Shown: positions 18,962 to 28,017 of the stretch, one piece after another
Layout of the letters: the number at the start of each line of letters is the position of its first letter
Numbering within the stretch: position 1 is the first letter of the stretch
From: an uncultured delta proteobacterium
GTDB lineage: Bacteria; Desulfobacterota; BSN033; UBA1163
Reading direction: 5' to 3'
DNA length: 64,000 bases
Assembly: GCA_963827685.1 (NCBI GenBank)
Contig: CAWHBU010000002.1
Span: 960,001 to 1,024,000 of the forward strand
Made by a program: the position numbers and the translations under genes
The notes under the pieces: generated by a model
Seen by the model: the letters and a program-made list of their open reading frames with translations, nothing else
Told to the model about the DNA's origin: nothing
Database searches by the model: none

Positions 18962-20579
18962 CCAAAATCTCCCTGTAGATTGTCAGACCTTCTTCTCTGC
19001 CCCAACCTCCTTCAACTCTCCTGGCTTGGCCACCGGACTTCCCTGCAGTCTCGCCAAACGCCGCTCCAATCCTTTCATCGCTCCTCCCTTGCTCTTCCGC
19101 TCCAACAATACCGCAAGACGCGAGTTCAATGCCACTCTCTTCTCCATCACCGCAACCCGTGACTGCAATGCCAAGAGCATCCCCTCCATCGCCCGCTCCT
19201 GCCACTGGTTCAATAAACTCCACGCGACTCCCAACTCCTGGCAAACCTCTCCGGGTTTGCGTCTCTCCGTCCATACCGACAACACCGCCCGGCACTTCTC
19301 CTCCGCCGTGTGCCCCGAAACCTTCCTCCCTCTCTTGTCCTCTATCCCTGACCTCTCTACCTTCGGCTTCTCTACCTTGTCCATCGCTCTCCTCCCTCTT
19401 AATAGAACGATCTTTCTCTTCTCCTTTGGCGCCAACTTCATAGATCATCTCCTGCTTTCCACCGCCCTCTTCATCATCCACCATCAAACGCAGCTTTCCC
19501 TTCTCCGCCCGTAAGACCACCGACTGCCCCTCCATCCGCCCTACCATGTAAAACGGCTCCCGCGGCTTCCCCCGCAAGGCCATCTCCAGCACATTCTCTG
19601 CGATCCCTTGCTCCATCGTCTTTCGCAGCTCTGCCTGGATCTCAAAGTACCGATCCGCAGGACACAGCCCTCCAATCCCCTGGTGAGGCCGCTTGTAATT
19701 GTAATACTGCACCCACTGCCGAATCCTCTCTCTCGCCTCCTCAAAACTCCCAAACTGCGCCCGTACCAAGAACTCCTCATAGATCGTCTTCCAAAACCGC
19801 TCCACCTTCCCCAGCGTCATCGGATGATGGGCCTGGGACTTAATGTGTCTGACTCGGTCCTTCCGTAACTCCCGCTCAAACCGAGTCGATCCCCGCCAGT
19901 TCGTATATTGCCGTCCCCGATCTGTCAACACCTCCTTCGGTACCCCATACTCCCCAACTGCCCGACAATACACCTCCAGTACCTGATCCGCCGTCTGGCT
20001 CCGGTATAACTCCAAACCCGCCATGTACCGCGAGTAATCGTCGATAAACCCGATCAAATAGGCATACCGACCCCCCAGGCGAAAGGTGAAGATGTCCGAC
20101 TGCCACAATTGATTCGGTGTCGACCGCTCAAAAAACCGAGGACGGGTGATGTTGCGATGGTGTTTCTTTCTGAAAGGAACAATCAACGATTCTGCCCGCA
20201 GCGTCCGACGGACTGTCTCCGGGCTCGCGCTGAGGAAGAACGCACGCTTTAAAAGATGGGAAATCCGCTTGACACCAAAGAGAGGCTCACGCTTCTTGAT
20301 CTCGACGATCTTCTCGCGTACTGGTCCGGGAAGCTTCCGTCGTCTCCCCGAGGATATAATACGATTCCGTAACCCCGCTTCTCCCCGTTCCTGATATGCC
20401 TTCACCCAACGACAAATGACATCTTTACTGGCTCCTGCCTCCTCGGACAACAAAGAAACTGGTAACCCTTCTTCTAATCGTAACTTCACACACCGAAGCT
20501 TGAACTCAACCCCATACCGCTTCCCATACCGACTTCCTTTCCTCTTGCCCTTCTTCTTAACTCCTGCTACATTCTCCAT
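18633..20579 (-). CDS. DDE transposase 1 (IS481/IS3-like) with long low-complexity tail overprinting two ORFs
   Basis: N-terminal HTHs, LWQSDIF, FIDDYSR, LTDRGRQY, GKVERFWKT, YNYKRPHQGI; AAAGGAG RBS. Confidence 0.88.
   Translation of the reverse strand: MENVAGVKKKGKRKGSRYGKRYGVEFKLRCVKLRLEEGLPVSLLSEEAGASKDVICRWVKAYQERGEAGLRNRIISSGRRRKLPGPVREKIVEIKKREPLFGVKRISHLLKRAFFLSASPETVRRTLRAESLIVPFRKKHHRNITRPRFFERSTPNQLWQSDIFTFRLGGRYAYLIGFIDDYSRYMAGLELYRSQTADQVLEVYCRAVGEYGVPKEVLTDRGRQYTNWRGSTRFERELRKDRVRHIKSQAHHPMTLGKVERFWKTIYEEFLVRAQFGSFEEARERIRQWVQYYNYKRPHQGIGGLCPADRYFEIQAELRKTMEQGIAENVLEMALRGKPREPFYMVGRMEGQSVVLRAEKGKLRLMVDDEEGGGKQEMIYEVGAKGEEKDRSIKREESDGQGREAEGREVRDRGQEREEGFGAHGGGEVPGGVVGMDGETQTRRGLPGVGSRVEFIEPVAGAGDGGDALGIAVTGCGDGEESGIELASCGIVGAEEQGRSDERIGAAFGETAGKSGGQARRVEGGWGREEGLTIYREILDGGKETAAREGEGTETCTGAGAGDSPGAQWSLNCKGGSAAAGGVAQDVLRVGGEVAQSHGPGVGESSCGKTACACGRREGDASGADPGIGEEAGCREADHQGERVPGGV
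18983..19384 (-). CDS. Small HTH protein of the element
   Basis: HTAEEKCRAVL...EVCQELGVAWSLLNQWQE transposase-type HTH; GGGAGGAG RBS before ATG 19384. Confidence 0.7.
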   Translation of the reverse strand: MDKVEKPKVERSGIEDKRGRKVSGHTAEEKCRAVLSVWTERRKPGEVCQELGVAWSLLNQWQERAMEGMLLALQSRVAVMEKRVALNSRLAVLLERKSKGGAMKGLERRLARLQGSPVAKPGELKEVGAEKKV

Positions 20580-20903
20580 GGGTACACTCCTTTCTCCTTC
20601 TCAGGAGTGTCACCCATTTCTCCCTTCTTCTTTAGCTTACGATCTGGTAGTTAGCTCATTTTTTTCCCTGATAAATAGATTCATGAAATAGATGCCAAAG
20701 GAATTCTTTCCTTTCAAAAAGTGAATTTGAAGAAATGATGGACTTATGTATTATAATTACTAAGGTGTCCATAATTGAGCAGGCATATTGTTCTGAAAAT
20801 CTCCCCTAACCCCTCTTTTCCAAAGAGGGGGAGTTCTTCCTTTTTCTAAGAGGAGGCAGGGATTTAATCTTCAATGTCTACGTAATTATTGAGTAATCAT
20901 TCG

Positions 20904-23666
20904 ATGGAAAAGTTTATCGAGATTATTGGAGCGAAGTCTCACAACCTCAAGAATATCAACTGTCGAATTCCAAGAGGAAAGATCACGGTCATCACAGGTG
21001 TCTCCGGGTCGGGCAAATCAACTCTTGCTTTTGACACCCTCTTCGCGGAGGGGCAGAGACGTTACATTGAATCCCTCTCCACTTATGCCCGGCAATTTTT
21101 AGAGAAGATGGACCGGCCTGATGTAGAGGCTATCCATGGAATCCCCCCTGCCATTGCGATTGAGCAGAAGAATAGTGTAAAGAATGCCCGTTCCACGGTT
21201 GGAACAGCTTCTGAGATTTATGACTACCTCAGGCTCCTCTTCGCCAAGATCGGTGAAGTCTTCTGCCCGGAGTGCCATATCAAAGTCTCAGGAGATACTG
21301 TGGAGAGCGTTGTCGAACAGATCCTGATTCAATTTAAAGGAGTAAAGATTTTCATCCTCAGCCCGGTTTCTCTCGGCGACGGCCAGGAAAGAGAGCTTAA
21401 GGTAAAAGATCTCATCAAAAATGGTTATTACCGAATCTGGGAGAAAGGGCAGATTCTTGATCTCACCAGCCTCCCTCTTCCTGAAATTGTACGTCGGAAG
21501 ACGCTCTCCGTTCTTATCGACCGGCTTATCTCCGAAGATAAGGAAAGATCAAGGCTATCCGAAGCCATTCAGAGAGGGTTTCAAATAGGGAATGGTAAAA
21601 TTGAAGTGCTTACTGAGCACGGTAAGAGAATGACCTTCAACAGGAGTTTCTCCTGTAATCGCTGTGGACGAAACTTTTCAGAGCCTGAGCCCCTTCTCTT
21701 CTCGTTTAACAGCCCTCTCGGGGCCTGCCGTGTGTGCCAGGGTTTTGGCAGGATCATCGGGATTGATTGGCAGAAGGTCATCCCGGACCCGAAAAAAACA
21801 TTGAAAGAAAAACCCTTTGCCCCCTGGAACACGCCTGCCTATCAAGACCTGTATGAATACCTATGGGAGGCCTGTCGGAGGCACAAAATTCCAATCCAAA
21901 AACCGTTTGAAGAACTTCTCCCTCATCAGAAAGAGATCTTGATTAATGGGAAAGGGGAGTTCATCGGTCTAAAAGGATTCTTTGAATGGATGGAGGGAAA
22001 GCGATACAAGGTTCACTACCGAGTCTTCCTCAGCAAATACCGAGCCTACACCCCCTGCCCTGTTTGCCACAATACCCGACTCAAAGAGGAAGCACTTTAT
22101 GTGTTCCTGGCGGGAAAGAACATTGCTGAGCTTTGCGAGATGCCCATTTCAGATCTTCGAATGTTCTTTAAAGATTTGCCAATTAGAGATTTTCAAAAGA
22201 AAGTTGGGGAACGTCTCCTTAAAGAGATTAACGATCGAATCGGATTCATGGTGGATGTTGGATTAGGGTACTTAACTCTCTCCCGTCAAACCAGAACTCT
22301 CTCCAGCGGCGAATATCAACGGATCACATTGGCAAGATCGCTCGGTTCGGCTCTAACTGAAACTCTCTATGTCTTAGATGAGCCGAGTATTGGCCTCCAT
22401 GCGAGGGATACCCATCGTCTCCTTCGGTCCCTTCGGAAATTACGAGAAGGAGGAAACACGGTGGTCGTAGTAGAACACGATCCGGATGTGATACGAGCAG
22501 CCGATGAAGTCATTGACCTTGGCCCTGGCGCCGGAAGATGGGGAGGTTCTATGGTCTTTCAAGGGGGATTAGAATCCCTTCTGAAAAACCAGGATTCGAT
22601 TACAGCCCGCTACTTGAGGGATGGAACGATTTCTGCTCTAACCAGGTCTCTTAGAAAACCGCAGGGATGGATCTCCATTCGCAACGCACGGGAGCACAAT
22701 CTTAAAGGAATCGATGTCAGGATTCCATTGGGCGTGATGGTTTGTATCACTGGCGTCTCCGGAGCCGGAAAGACTACCTTGGTTCACAACATTCTATACG
22801 CAGGAGCAAAGGGAAATGGAAACTCAGGCTTTGAAAAAGGGGCTTTTGATTCCATCAAAGGTCTTGAACAGGTCGATGATCTCATCCTGGTCGATCAATC
22901 TCCCATCGGGAAAAGCCTTCGATCCAACCCGGCCACTTATGTCAAAGTATTCAGTGAGATTCGGGATCTCTTTGCTCTCACCCGGGAGGCCAAAAGATTA
23001 GGGTTCAAACCCCGCCACTTCTCTTTTAATACAGAAGGGGGCCGATGTGAAACCTGCCAGGGCGCAGGATTTCAAGTTCTGGACATGCAATTCTTGGAGG
23101 ATGTCACGATCACCTGCGAAACGTGCGAAGGGAAAAGATTTCGACCCGAGATTCTCAAAGTGAAGTATCGAGATAAGAATATTTCAGAAGTATTAAATAT
23201 GACGGTTGATGAGGCCGTCACTTTCTTTCAAACCCACAGACGGATTCTTTCAAAACTTCAAATCTTTAAAGATGTCGGCTTAGGCTATCTCAGCCTCGGC
23301 CAGTCCACCAATACGCTGAGCGGAGGAGAATCACAGCGCTTAAAACTGGCTCAGCATATCGGCCAAAGCAAAACAGGAAAAAATCTCTTCATCTTTGACG
23401 AACCCACAACAGGTCTCCATATGGCCGATGTCGAACTCCTTCTTATGACCTTCCAGCAGCTTCTTTCCCAAGGCCATTCGATCATCGTGATCGAACACAA
23501 CTTAGACCTCATCCAACGTGCAGACTATATCATTGATTTGGGACCGGAAGGAGGGGAAGAAGGAGGAAGGATTATTGCGGAAGGCGATCTCAAAACGATC
23601 ATTGCTTCGCAACAATCCTACACTGGGGAGTTTTTGAGGCAACGCCTGAACGAAACAAAGGTTTAG
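20904..23666 (+). CDS. uvrA: Excinuclease ABC subunit A
   Basis: GVSGSGKSTLAFDTLFAEGQRRYIESLS, zinc fingers, LFSFNSP, second Walker A GVSGAGKTT, LSGGESQRLKLA. Confidence 0.96.
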   Translation: MEKFIEIIGAKSHNLKNINCRIPRGKITVITGVSGSGKSTLAFDTLFAEGQRRYIESLSTYARQFLEKMDRPDVEAIHGIPPAIAIEQKNSVKNARSTVGTASEIYDYLRLLFAKIGEVFCPECHIKVSGDTVESVVEQILIQFKGVKIFILSPVSLGDGQERELKVKDLIKNGYYRIWEKGQILDLTSLPLPEIVRRKTLSVLIDRLISEDKERSRLSEAIQRGFQIGNGKIEVLTEHGKRMTFNRSFSCNRCGRNFSEPEPLLFSFNSPLGACRVCQGFGRIIGIDWQKVIPDPKKTLKEKPFAPWNTPAYQDLYEYLWEACRRHKIPIQKPFEELLPHQKEILINGKGEFIGLKGFFEWMEGKRYKVHYRVFLSKYRAYTPCPVCHNTRLKEEALYVFLAGKNIAELCEMPISDLRMFFKDLPIRDFQKKVGERLLKEINDRIGFMVDVGLGYLTLSRQTRTLSSGEYQRITLARSLGSALTETLYVLDEPSIGLHARDTHRLLRSLRKLREGGNTVVVVEHDPDVIRAADEVIDLGPGAGRWGGSMVFQGGLESLLKNQDSITARYLRDGTISALTRSLRKPQGWISIRNAREHNLKGIDVRIPLGVMVCITGVSGAGKTTLVHNILYAGAKGNGNSGFEKGAFDSIKGLEQVDDLILVDQSPIGKSLRSNPATYVKVFSEIRDLFALTREAKRLGFKPRHFSFNTEGGRCETCQGAGFQVLDMQFLEDVTITCETCEGKRFRPEILKVKYRDKNISEVLNMTVDEAVTFFQTHRRILSKLQIFKDVGLGYLSLGQSTNTLSGGESQRLKLAQHIGQSKTGKNLFIFDEPTTGLHMADVELLLMTFQQLLSQGHSIIVIEHNLDLIQRADYIIDLGPEGGEEGGRIIAEGDLKTIIASQQSYTGEFLRQRLNETKV

Positions 23667-23725
23667 GTTAAGGCTAAGGCTAAGATTAAAACCTGAGATC
23701 CCTCAATCTCAACCTCAGCCTCAAC

Positions 23726-23986
23726 CTAAATCTCTGTTCTCTGTTTCATGCAGCTGAGCATCTGTTCGAGGCGGTTCCGTTCAAATCCCACCATCACCTC
23801 GTTGCATGCCGTAATGACCGGAACGCTTCGTGCGCCCGAAATCTTTACCATCTCGTCTAATGCAGCCCGGTCTTTGGTCACATCATATTCCGTAAATTTG
23901 TAGCCTTTTTGCGAAAGAAACTCTTTCGCCATCTTACAATAGGGTCAAGTCGGTGTGGAATAAACCTTGATTTCGTCTTCTGCCAT
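23726..23986 (-). CDS. Selenocysteine-containing glutaredoxin-like protein (UPYC)
   Basis: AGGAGG RBS; MAEDEIKVYSTPT-TGA(23945-23947)-PYCKMAKEFL...SGARSVPVI...VGF; UGA sits at the first Cys of the CPYC motif. Confidence 0.9.
23911..23929 (-). promoter_or_regulatory. Bacterial SECIS element
   Basis: GCGAAAGA-GUU-UCUUUCGC perfect 8-bp stem; loop G follows 23 nt after the UGA. Confidence 0.8.
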
Positions 23987-23999
23987 GATCGGTCCTCCT

Positions 24000-24446
24000 T
24001 TACAGATAATCTTTTAAAACTAGCACCTTTATATCTTTTATCTGTTTAAGCTTATTATCATTGGTAAGAAATGCATCTGCACCCACATTAATAGCTACGG
24101 AAATCTGTATAGCATCAATGGCTTTGAGGTATGGATAATTCCCTCTCAACATACCAGCTCTTTCAGCCATGTCTTGAGATATTTCTATCAATCTAAGATT
24201 TTTGCCATACTTGAGAAACTCTGCAAATCTCCTTGCTAGCTTTTCATCCCCAATCTCAGTTGGTTTCGGGAGAACTTCAGTCAGGGTTATAACAGAAGAA
24301 AACGCATTCAATTTTCCCGATTGAAAGAAATCAACAACTTTTTTGGCAAGAGGCCCAAAAATAGGGTTTGCCTCAATGTAATAGATGATAGGCGCTGTAT
24401 CTATAAAAATAGAATCGATCCGGCCAAGCTCTTCGTCAAGGGTCAT
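24000..24446 (-). CDS. PIN-domain toxin (VapC family)
   Basis: IFIDTAPIIY, SVITLTEVL, LKAIDAIQ, FLTND. Confidence 0.88.
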   Translation of the reverse strand: MTLDEELGRIDSIFIDTAPIIYYIEANPIFGPLAKKVVDFFQSGKLNAFSSVITLTEVLPKPTEIGDEKLARRFAEFLKYGKNLRLIEISQDMAERAGMLRGNYPYLKAIDAIQISVAINVGADAFLTNDNKLKQIKDIKVLVLKDYL

Positions 24447-24682
24447 ACCCTATCCTCTCTCAAACGATTGACATGTTCTTGGGCATCTTCTCCTTTCCAT
24501 AAACCTTTCCCAAGTCCATAAAGTTTATTCCAGTCAAGTTCCTTTTTCATCGCAAGTCCATTCTTCCTTAACTGGTTAGCAAGCTTTTCAAGCAGTTTTA
24601 ACTGCTCCTTGGCCGAAAGCTTCTCTATCTCTTTCTCAATTATCTCTAAGGTAACTGCCCTGCGCATCTTTGCCTCCTTCAT
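24443..24682 (-). CDS. Putative antitoxin of the VapC toxin
   Basis: Small ORF with ATGA overlap; LYGLGKGLWKGEDAQEHVNRLRE tail typical of these antitoxins. Confidence 0.75.
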   Translation of the reverse strand: MKEAKMRRAVTLEIIEKEIEKLSAKEQLKLLEKLANQLRKNGLAMKKELDWNKLYGLGKGLWKGEDAQEHVNRLREDRV

Positions 24683-25126
24683 TGCCCTGCATTTAATTTA
24701 TTTATAATTAACTCCCTTTACTCTATTTACACTCATCTCGTTCCAATTGTCAACCAATGTTTTTCTTGTTATTCCAAATTTCAATTGTTGCGTTTTCCCA
24801 AGTTTGAATTGTCACATTGTTTTTCACAAATATCTAAAACCATATGATATTATTTCAAGACACTTATATCACGCATAGCATCAGAATTAACTCATCCAGT
24901 GGCCTCCCAGGAGAAATCTTGGAATTCTATTTTTCTTCGGGCAATAATCAAATTACACCTGTTCTTCATTACAAAAGGGCGACAATTCAAACTTGGAATT
25001 CTACGACATCTCAAACTTGGGATCACATTTTCCTAAATCTCCCATTCACTGGCTCCACCCTCACCCCTGCCCTTTCCACTGCCTAGCGGACTTGTTTATT
25101 GATATTACGATTGTGCACGTTATTGC

Positions 25127-25465
25127 TTACTCTTGGCTGGTTGCTTGAACAAAGAACTGTCCACCATCTTTAGGATACAAGTCGTTAAATTCTTTCTTGC
25201 GCTTCTCGATATATCCCAAGAGATATTCCTTCAAATCTGATGGAGGAAGGGAGGTTATATCAAGGTATGGATCTCCTCCCCAGCCCGAACTGTAATATAT
25301 TTTGAGCTTTTTCGCGGCTAATAGGTTCAGAATTGGATCAATGATATCTTTTGGGTCTTGGCATAAGCCATTTTTGAGGAATCCATGTATGATTCCATGC
25401 ACCGATTCTTCTTCATAGGCCGCCTCTTCAAGAAGTAATTTTTCTATTCCTTCTAACGTTTCCAT
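25127..25465 (-). CDS. Hypothetical acidic protein
   Basis: 112-aa ORF with ATG and AGGGG RBS; no recognised motif. Confidence 0.55.
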   Translation of the reverse strand: METLEGIEKLLLEEAAYEEESVHGIIHGFLKNGLCQDPKDIIDPILNLLAAKKLKIYYSSGWGGDPYLDITSLPPSDLKEYLLGYIEKRKKEFNDLYPKDGGQFFVQATSQE

Positions 25466-25620
25466 TCTAACCCCTATCTTTATTTCTTAGACTCCGAATA
25501 ATTTCGAGTTTGAGGTCCCAGACCTGCAATAATCACTTCGAATGCACCCGTCATTGGTAGGGAAGCTACTTGCTATTATACCCCATTTTTCAGATTTCCT
25601 TTACTAAATTTTAGGCTATA

Positions 25621-26343
25621 ATGTCCTTCATGAATTCTGGGGGAGGCAAATCAACCTCGATTAGAACGGCCAATTTCAAAGATCTTCAAAATGCTGCAGA
25701 AGACTTCCGTTACCTCCTCAACCGGAGATACCCCAGGAAAGCTGCGCTGGAACTGGTGGGGAATCGATACGGATTAACTTTTGAAGAGCGGCACCTTCTT
25801 CATCGGGGAGTTTTTTCAAATTCCGATTCTAAATCGAGGAAAAAGAAAATGATCCCCATCACAGGCATCCGGAATAAAGATCTGGCTATTGACGGTCACA
25901 ACGTCCTAATCACAATTGAAGCGGCCCTCTCTGGCCGTCCTCTGGTATTAGCGGATGACGGGTTTATCAGGGATATCTCCGGCCTCTCTGGAAGTTTTGC
26001 GAAATCAGAAATAACAGAAGCAGCCATCCAATTGATTCTCAATGTCTTGAAGAAATGGAAGCCCCCAAAAACCCTCTTCCTCTTCGATGCACCGATAAGT
26101 ATGAGCGGTAAATTGGCTGAGGAGATCAGAGATCGATTAAAGCGAGAGAATCTTTTAGGCGATGCCATGGCTGTGAAGGTTCCGGAAAAGATTCTGATCG
26201 GGTACCCTGGAGTGATCGCTACGAGTGACACGGCCATCATTAACCCATCCAAAAAGGTGCTGGATTTAGCCGGTTATATCATAACGAAGAGAATTGGGTT
26301 AAGATCGTTTCTGCAATGGAAGAAAAAACCATCGAGGGGCTAA
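25621..26343 (+). CDS. DUF434 domain protein (PIN/NYN-like)
   Basis: RYLLNRRYP...LVGNRY, IDGHNVLITIE, DGFIRDIS, LFDAPISMSG, ATSD. Confidence 0.8.
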   Translation: MSFMNSGGGKSTSIRTANFKDLQNAAEDFRYLLNRRYPRKAALELVGNRYGLTFEERHLLHRGVFSNSDSKSRKKKMIPITGIRNKDLAIDGHNVLITIEAALSGRPLVLADDGFIRDISGLSGSFAKSEITEAAIQLILNVLKKWKPPKTLFLFDAPISMSGKLAEEIRDRLKRENLLGDAMAVKVPEKILIGYPGVIATSDTAIINPSKKVLDLAGYIITKRIGLRSFLQWKKKPSRG

Positions 26344-26373
26344 AGTCCCCTGCCTAAAGGAGAGAAACCCCAT

Positions 26374-27564
26374 TTGGAAAGCGCTGAAAGGATTGAAAGC
26401 TATCGCTGGGTGATCCTGGCCGTAGTCTATCTATCCATCCTTGCTTTTACACTCATCTTCCAATCCATCCCACCCCTCCTTCCTTTAATCATTGCTGAAC
26501 TCCATTTAACTTACGCCCAATCCGGCCTCCTCATGAGCCTTTTCTCGCTCCCCGGCCTTTTCATCTCCCTCTTAGGTGGATTTCTCTCAGACCGTTATAG
26601 AATGAGGCCTTTAGCAGCAGGTTGCTTTTTATTAATGATCGGGGGAACCTTGCTCGTGGGATTAGGGATGAATCTCCAGATCCTATGGGTAGGAAGAGTC
26701 ATCGCCGGAATCGGCGGCATCACCCTTTCCATTTTCCTTCCCAAACTGCTTTCTCAATGGTTTAAAGACAGGGAGTTAGGTCTTGCCATGGGTATCTACA
26801 ATACCGGCGTCCCCCTTGGTTCGGTTATTTGCTTCGGGTTCTTTGGAAAAATGGGAAGCCTATGGGGATGGCGCATCCCTATTTTATTCACTGGGATGTA
26901 TTTGCTCATCACCTTCATCCTTTTCTTGAGCCTTTACCGATTGCCCCCTTCGCCAGTGCCCAGAGAAGGCAGACCGCTAAGTATTTATAAGTCGTTAAAA
27001 GAGGCGGGATGGCCCATTTGGTTAGCGGGCTTTTCGTGGCTCTGGTTCAATGCTGCCTTCAGCTCTTTCGCTACTTTTGCACCCAACTTCTTTCTCCAGA
27101 AGGGCTATACGATTGAAGAGAGCGGCCTCCTCATCGGAATCCCCCTTTTGGGTTCTCTTCTCTTTAGTGCCCCCATAGGATATTTGGTGGACCGATTTAG
27201 ACATCAGGAATGGTTCATTGGAACGGGGGCCGTTGCATTGGCCGTCCTGGCATTATTTTTCAATTTTAGCTCTTCGTTTCTACTGCTCGTCATCTTGATG
27301 GGAATCTTTTCAGCAATGATTCCCGCTCCAATTTATTCCCTTCCCCCGGAAATGTTAAAACCAGAAAATGTTGGATTGGGATTCGGAGTCATCTCCACCT
27401 GCTCGAGCGTCGGCCTATTTGTTGCACCCTATCTCGTTGGAAAGGCCAGAGATTTAACAGGCTCTTACAACTGGAGTTTCGTCTTAATCTCAGTCTTCTT
27501 CTTTCTCATCACGATCTTCATCGGCTTCACCCACCGCTCCCAAAACAGAATAAAAACGTTTTGA
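26374..27564 (+). CDS. MFS transporter
   Basis: About 12 TM segments; GGFLSDRY and GYLVDRF motif A copies. Confidence 0.9.
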   Translation: MESAERIESYRWVILAVVYLSILAFTLIFQSIPPLLPLIIAELHLTYAQSGLLMSLFSLPGLFISLLGGFLSDRYRMRPLAAGCFLLMIGGTLLVGLGMNLQILWVGRVIAGIGGITLSIFLPKLLSQWFKDRELGLAMGIYNTGVPLGSVICFGFFGKMGSLWGWRIPILFTGMYLLITFILFLSLYRLPPSPVPREGRPLSIYKSLKEAGWPIWLAGFSWLWFNAAFSSFATFAPNFFLQKGYTIEESGLLIGIPLLGSLLFSAPIGYLVDRFRHQEWFIGTGAVALAVLALFFNFSSSFLLLVILMGIFSAMIPAPIYSLPPEMLKPENVGLGFGVISTCSSVGLFVAPYLVGKARDLTGSYNWSFVLISVFFFLITIFIGFTHRSQNRIKTF

Positions 27565-27954
27565 CCGGAACGTGCCCCGCAAGCCCCGTCTTGCCTGCCT
27601 GCCGGTAGGCAGGTAGGCTGGGTTAAGGGGCACGATATGAATGATATTACAATGCCGGGAAGCCCCGCCCTGTGGGCGGGGAGCTTCGCTTATAAGTTAG
27701 GAGTTCGGAGTTAAAAACCTAAAATAAGATAAGAAAAGACTTCCAAAAAGAAATTAAAGCGGAAAGAATGGCCCATTTTTCCCCTCCTTTACAAAATTGT
27801 CCTCTTCTGAGTAAATTTTTCATAAATTGTCCATCTTGTCCTATTCAACTCCTCTCGCTCACATCTATACATCTTACCTTCAAAAATCTTAAAAGACCTT
27901 AAAAAATAGGATGTTAGGGGAAAATCCATATTCTTTATGAAAATTTGGAGCATC

Positions 27955-27971
27955 TTGGAACAAAACTTGCT
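27955..27971 (+). promoter_or_regulatory. Sigma54 promoter upstream of the PAS kinase/pilus cluster
   Basis: TTGGAACAAAACTTGCT is GG-N10-GC; two AAATTGTCC boxes about 130-160 bp upstream. Confidence 0.65.
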
Positions 27972-28017
27972 TTTTTGCTAATCCTTAGGAAAATCTATGC
28001 CCATAGTAGACTGAATC

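Larger units (their letters stand above)
17499..20658 (-). mobile_element. 3.16-kb IS-like element with two DDE transposases and two HTH ORFs
   Basis: TG...CA termini; about 45-bp imperfect subterminal IRs (CTACC...AGCTAAA...TGGGTGACACT at about 17507-17551 and inverted at about 20606-20650); four co-oriented ORFs; no target duplication seen. Confidence 0.8.

Noticed and set aside
24844-25086. 80-aa + strand ORF
   Set aside because: No RBS or motif; AT-rich intergenic sequence ending in a repeat fragment.
27659-27690. IS200/IS605 element suggested by the GAAGCCCCGCCC...GGGCGGGGAGCTTC hairpin
   Set aside because: No tnpA or tnpB nearby; at most an isolated end or MITE remnant.
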